DNA of 57,109 bases from Neoconidiobolus thromboides FSU 785 (Eukaryota; Fungi; Entomophthoromycota). The DNA lies in the NCBI GenBank assembly GCA_025603075.1, contig MU626390.1:1-57109 (forward strand), written 5' to 3'. Position numbers and translations under genes: made by a program. Below, piece by piece: positions 51,481-57,109 of this stretch. Below the pieces are notes generated by a model that was given only the letters and a program-made list of their open reading frames with translations, was not told where the DNA came from and made no database searches. Each line of letters opens with the position of its first letter. Position 1 is the first letter of the stretch.

Positions 51481-54183
51481 TTATTCCCTTTGAAATAGAT
51501 AAACATAAGCATTTTCCATAGGTGGATTAGGTTGATTGGCTACTTTATTATCATTAAATAAAGTCCATTCTTGGTTTAAATTGATATGAGCTACGTAATG
51601 ACCTGTATGTACTGAAGTACCTTTATGAGATATAAAAGATTTTAATTTATAACTTTGATTTACATTATCATGGCCATTATTATATTGATTATTATTATTG
51701 TCAGTTGTCTGAGATTGGGTTTGATGATCATCAATGATACTTCCAATCGGATGATTAAAGATCCATTCTACTGCTCTATCCATATCTCCATTTGTTGCTT
51801 TAATTGCAGAAATTGCATGATCTTCAGGAAATCCCATAGAAGCCAAGATCATGATTTGCTCCATTGTCGGTGTAAATTCGCTATTATTACTGTTATTATT
51901 GCTGTTAGTTGACAAAGGTTCATCAATATCTGGATCTTCTAAGTGATCAAAAATCCAAGCAATTGCTGCTTCTTTATCAGAATTTGTGGCTTTTAAACCT
52001 CGAATACATTTATTTCTAGTAAATCCCATCATCATCAATTGTTCTACATCCATTTCGTTAGCTATAAACTCATCTTCTACTTCATTATCTTCGGGTAATA
52101 ATTCTTCTTCATCTGAATGAATATCTGCTTTATATTGTTGTAATAATTGACTAATATCATTATTTATTGGCATTTTTACAGGAATTTCTAATTTAGTTGG
52201 GATCCAATTAATTAATGCAAATCGATTTAAACTAATTAATAAAACCTCAGGATAAGTTAAAAACTTGGTGATTTTACTTGCTTTACATCCTATTTTACAA
52301 TTAGGACAATGATAATTCTCAATGGTTTCATTACTAAAAAATAATTTAAAACATTCTTCCAATTCCACTTCCAAATACTTATTATCCTCCTCTGAACCCA
52401 CATCTTTAATTACAGGTACTGGAAGAGAAAGAGAAGTGGCTGTTGAAGTTGAATATTTTACTTTATTACACTGTAAACATTGCAATTTTTGTTCCAATTC
52501 AAACTTAAATAATTTGGTTCCCATAGTATCAAAGGAATATAAATTTTCTAATCTTTCTAATTGATTTAATAAATATATAAAATATTCATAGGCATCCTGT
52601 TGTCTCATTGTTGAAAATTCATCATGTCCCTTACCTACTAATTTTTTAAACATAATAGGTGTAAGGCCTTCTTGATGTTGTTTATCATCTTGCATGTTAT
52701 TTTCATTTAATTTACTATATCTCCCAGAATAAATCCCATCTGCTAATTTTACCAATTGACAAAATAAGCAATTTAAAGGGTTCTCGTAACATTCAATTAC
52801 ATGCTGTTTGCCCACTGTCAACAAGAAATCTTTAAATTGTTGAATACTCAACAAAACTTGTAAAACTGAATTTAAATAACAAGTATTACCAAAATTTTTA
52901 AGTCCTGTGTAACCAGGTCCAGATAATGGAGTTAACATATGACCATCTTCTGTTGTCATATTAAACTCATACTTCAAATTATGCTCTAATTGCAATTCCA
53001 TCATATTCTTTTCTGTTTTAATTTGTTCTTCTAATTCAATACCAAAAGGTTTAAGATGAATACTAAGTTCTGGATCAATCATTTCATCATCACATCGATA
53101 ACAATAAATATCTATTATTATTTAAAAAGGGTGTATTGTTATTGAATAGATTAATTTACCTGCTGTTCCATCAGCTGTAATAGTACCTAATTTAACACAA
53201 GCCCCATGGCCTTTTAACTGAAAATGATTTAATCCATGTTCATTACCACCAGATCCATCATAATGTTTTCGACCACATCCAAGGTTACCACATGTTAAAC
53301 ATAACCACAAATTTTCTTTTAAATCACAATCTTCACATTTTACTATTATTAAATAAGAACAAAAATTAATAGTTAATAAAGCGAATGATTGTTAAATAAT
53401 TATATTTACCATTTTGAGTAATCTTTGGTAAATTCTCTAATTGATGAACACCAATCACATGCTCACATGAATTTTTACTTGGTTGCCAAGATTGTACAGT
53501 ATTGCGTTGTAAAGAAGAAGTACCAGTTTCTATGGCAGTGATGGCTTTATCCAACTAAACGAAATAAAAATAAAAAGTTAATATAAAACATTAAAGAGAA
53601 GATATTAATATATCACCCTTTCATCTACACCACTATTTAGCTGAATTTTGCATTCTAAACATTTAGGCTGATAAATCATCTGATAGTCAACTTTATGTTC
53701 TTCATCAACAATCTCCAATTTTGTTAATTTAGGGCTTGGTGCTCCTTCTTCATCCTAAATAAACCCATAAATTAACACTTTTTTATTTTAAATTAATAAT
53801 TTAAAACTTACTCTACTCCCTTCTTTTTCAATTGTGTTTCTTTTAATACTTAACACGATATTATGTGAGGGATATTTCATTTTATGCAACTCACTATGTT
53901 TCATACGTTCTCCATTTTCCCCATCTCCTTCACAACCAACAAATAAACAACTGAGACATACGGAAACACCAGGCGGAGTGTCCTGATATTTGATTTGAAA
54001 TTGATCAGTTATGAAATTTGATTTTTATAATAGTTAATGGATATGGAAATGAATATTAAAATATAAATGAAAATATATGCTTACCTGATCATCAAAACAA
54101 TAATAACATTCTTCTGGATAATAATCCAAATTGGGATTAGCTATTTTAAATTCAGTATTCGCTATATGCGGACAGGTGGACAT
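51481..54183 (-). CDS. UBP14: Ubiquitin C-terminal hydrolase 14 / isopeptidase T (USP5-like), multi-exon
   Basis: MSTCPHI...ECYYCFDDQ; ZnF-UBP LWLCLTCGNLGCGR...GGNEHGLNHF; Cys box GLKNFGNTCYLNS; two UBA domains (MGFTRNKC, MGFPEDHA); His box HKGTSVHTGHYVAHI. Confidence 0.95.
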
Positions 54184-55746
54184 TTTCTTTTCTTTTTCTT
54201 ATAGATAGTTTCAAGTATCTTTGTTTAGTAAAGTATAAACTATAGATTATAGTCACTTTTATAGCTTGAAGCTTAGTACACAGATTTTTATTGGTGGGGA
54301 GAATTTAAGCATTTGGTATTACATAGTTTGTTAGAATGACAATTAAAATGACAATAAGAACTTAGGAAATGATATAGCTAAAATCTTGAGGGGGTGTATG
54401 CTATAAGCAGTATATACATGATATTCTGGTGATCTTATAACCTTTGTTTAATTGAGTAAAATAGACGATGGAGTAAGATGATATTAAAGGTAGTTTTTAA
54501 TAAAAATAACGAGGTTTTTAAGTCTCAGTGTTTTGTTCACTTTTTATTGAGCAAAAATTTCAAAAACACTGGATAAACGTTGAAATAACAAAATATCTTT
54601 ATATTATAACTTATAAGTTATAATTTAATTACTAACAAAATAAGGATTTTATAATCGGAATAAAATTAAACCAATGCTCTATATTCTATACCCATTTATG
54701 ATCAATTATTCTTTATCCATATACAATCTTTATTAAAATTATATCAAGAAATTAAAAGTCATTTTATTTATTTAATCAAAAACATTTATATTTAACAGTT
54801 TAGAAAAGAATCATAATAGACTCATATCATCCCTCCTAGTATAAAAATTATCTGTCAATCACCTTTAACTAGATTAATAAAGCATAACATATTGCCAGTT
54901 TGGCTTTATTTAGTATTTCAATTTCAAATCGCAACAAATAAACTTTCATTCACTTATATACGAAATTATAAAGCAACTATACAAGAAGTTATATCAAGTA
55001 TGACGCTTGATTATTTAACTAAATAGTCTTTTTAAGTAGTTTTTTAATTCAGTACCTTGACTTCAGGACCATATTTAGTTCTCTCAATCAAAATTATTAA
55101 AAAAGATAACCCGCTTTCCCCCTTTTTCAAGGGCTCTAGCAGGTTTGATAAGCTTCCACTCAAACGCCGGTTCAAGCTTTCACTTTATTATGTAAACAAA
55201 CTCCTTAATCTCTCTTCCAACCTTCTAAAGACATTACAACAATACCAACTTAGTCCACATTTTTCAAAAAAAAGTATGAAAATTTAGCTTTTTTTCCAAC
55301 TCTTTATAAAAAAAACCATTCCGTTCAAGTGGTTCGCTGTATATCTCCCATATTTACTTTCAATAAGATAAAAACTAGAAAGTTGAATTTGAAACTCAAA
55401 GGAGAGAAAGATGAGAAAAAAATGATATTTATACTGCTGGATTGAAAAGATTGTGGGAAATTTTATTGATTCTAAACTTATTAGTTGGCTTTAGAATCAA
55501 ATTTCGATTTAAGTTGACCTCTTCAATACACGAATGGAATTGATAGTACAACTATAAAGTGGTTACTTTAGTACTTTTAAAAGGATATATAGCTAGATCA
55601 TTATTTGAATTGTAATTTTGTTTTTTAAATTAAACTCACAAATCAATTTATATGTTTTATTTTTAAAACTAACAATTTGAAAACATGTTTATCAAATGTT
55701 TATTAAATTATAAACATAATAATAGTTAAGCTAAAAATAAAACACA

Positions 55747-55837
55747 GGGTTTTTTTTGTTTTGTTACTTTTTCTATCTTTAAGTACTATTTGAGCGGAAA
55801 ATTGTTAGTAGGATTCTTGAACAAAAAATATATCTCC
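55747..55837 (+). mobile_element. MITE copy 17 (left end eroded)
   Basis: ...TTACTTTTTCTATCTTTAAGTACTATTTGAGCGGAAAATTGTTAGTAGGATTCTTGAACAAAAAATATATCTCC|ATAT. Confidence 0.82.
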
Positions 55838-56202
55838 ATATGCTGTAAGCTTAAATGAGTAATAACAAACCCAAGTAACTCAAAAAAAATAAGAAATCTT
55901 AACATCTTTAATTTATTTTTTATGTAATAGTTGGTGTTACTAAATTACATCTGGCACAAAATAAATCATCTTTTATCCTGATAAAATATTTAACCTTAAT
56001 TAAATTTTTGCTTTATTTCTTTTATTATAAATCAAAAGTAACTGGCATAAAAAGATAATTTTTGGTAATATAATGATCCATTGTTATTAAAAAAAATTAA
56101 CAATATTATTTTTTTTAAAATTAAATAAAAGGATTTAAAACTGGTACTATGTAATAATATAAAACATATTAAATAAAATATATATCTATTATTGTGTATA
56201 AT

Positions 56203-56244
56203 AAAAACTATTAGTAAAATTCCTAAACAAAAAAACACATCTCC
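56203..56244 (+). mobile_element. MITE partial copy (right ~40 bp)
   Basis: AAAAACTATTAGTAAAATTCCTAAACAAAAAAACACATCTCC matches the right end of the consensus. Confidence 0.65.
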
Positions 56245-56247
56245 ATA

Positions 56248-56690
56248 AAATATGAAATAATATTTCATCAGCTTTATGATTGATTATAACATAGTAATCA
56301 CTTAGGCCATTATATTCTCAAGTTGAGCCATAATTAATTCAGGGTCTTTTATTTTAATTTGCTACAGGAATTTCTCACTTCACACTGCAAAGAAATTATC
56401 CTTTTATTTTGATATTTATGCTCATTAAAGTATAAAAAAATCCTTTAAGATAATAACTTGAGGTTTTTTAATTGAGTTATTCCCTGATATTATATTTTTA
56501 CTAAAGCCATTAACTTTTTAAAAGTATTTTATATAAATTCTACAATAGTATTGCTTATTCTATTTGTTTTACATAATCTATAGTCCATTTTAATTACATA
56601 AATTCGGACCTTTTGGCTTATAACCAATTAATCAAGCAAGAACTGCCTTTAACTCCAATTACTGAAGTACTAGGTTTCGTACCAAGTAAT
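56248..56690. repeat. Older degenerate dispersed repeat, copy B (no MITE inside)
   Basis: Colinear with 13190-13745, including the sequence on both sides of MITE copy 3. Confidence 0.8.
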
Positions 56691-56740
56691 TTAGAAATAT
56701 AGTAAAAAACAGATTTATATAATATATATGTCTAGTATAT

Positions 56741-56855
56741 GGGGTTGTCTGGATTAGTTTCATTATTTTATCCAATTTTTGAAAAATTTTGTATTTTAAA
56801 AACTTTACTTAAAATTCTATAAAATCACATCTTTTATTAAAACAAAAGCACCCCC
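56741..56855 (+). mobile_element. Divergent, longer MITE-like copy
   Basis: ATAT|GGGGTTG...AGTTTCATTATTTTATCCAATTTTT...AAAATTCT...AAAAGCACCCCC; weak internal similarity to the consensus. Confidence 0.45.
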
Positions 56856-57109
56856 GAACGCAGTTCTAGATCATTCTATTATAGTTTATACTGTAAATTA
56901 GATGAATTTCTACTAGATATTAAATATATATTCTTATAAAACTTTATTGAGAAATGTTTATTATCGACTGGTTTTATAATTAACATTGCAGATTTGTTAT
57001 CAAATAAATAATCTATTTTAATGTTATAATTACATTATTAATATATTGCCAAGTTAATAAATAGCTGTATGAGAGGGAGTGGTTAGCCCCAAAACTATAA
57101 TTAACCATC

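Noticed and set aside
55057-55500. GC-richer stretch with GGTTCAAG/GGTTCG motifs and a 76-aa ORF; considered as tRNA, SINE or gene
   Set aside because: I could not build a cloverleaf or find A/B boxes at the right spacing. The translations on both strands are stop-ridden and unrecognisable. It may be an old relic but I cannot support that.

Overview
This is very AT-rich eukaryotic DNA with short GT-AG introns (about 40-90 nt). It is from a fungus, and probably an early-diverging, non-Dikarya one, because it carries both Zn2Cys6 factors and a methylmalonyl-CoA epimerase. A Conidiobolus/Zoopagomycota-like source is my guess only. The left half (1-30 kb) holds housekeeping genes: a partial FUSC/ArAE-type membrane protein, TKL1, MCEE, an AKR7-type reductase, an EAF7-like protein, SEC1, PRS, MOT1, NDUFS8, RPC19, RRP43 and TPI1. 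The right half (30-51 kb) is a birth-and-death array of fungal transcription factors. It contains four intronless paralogous Zn2Cys6 genes with a shared His-Arg-(Lys/Gln)-Cys signature, a decayed fifth paralog missed by the ORF track, a factor lacking the zinc cluster, and one unrelated canonical Zn2Cys6 gene. An atypical adenylate kinase sits inside the array and UBP14 follows it. Intergenic DNA is peppered with a ~97-bp MITE: 17 near-complete copies plus 2 partial or divergent ones, with GGGG...CCCC termini, 4-bp target-site duplications and CpG-decay signatures. An older ~450-bp repeat occurs twice, and one copy is interrupted by the MITE. I saw no transposase, rRNA, tRNA or CRISPR array. 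All alignments and translations were done by eye.
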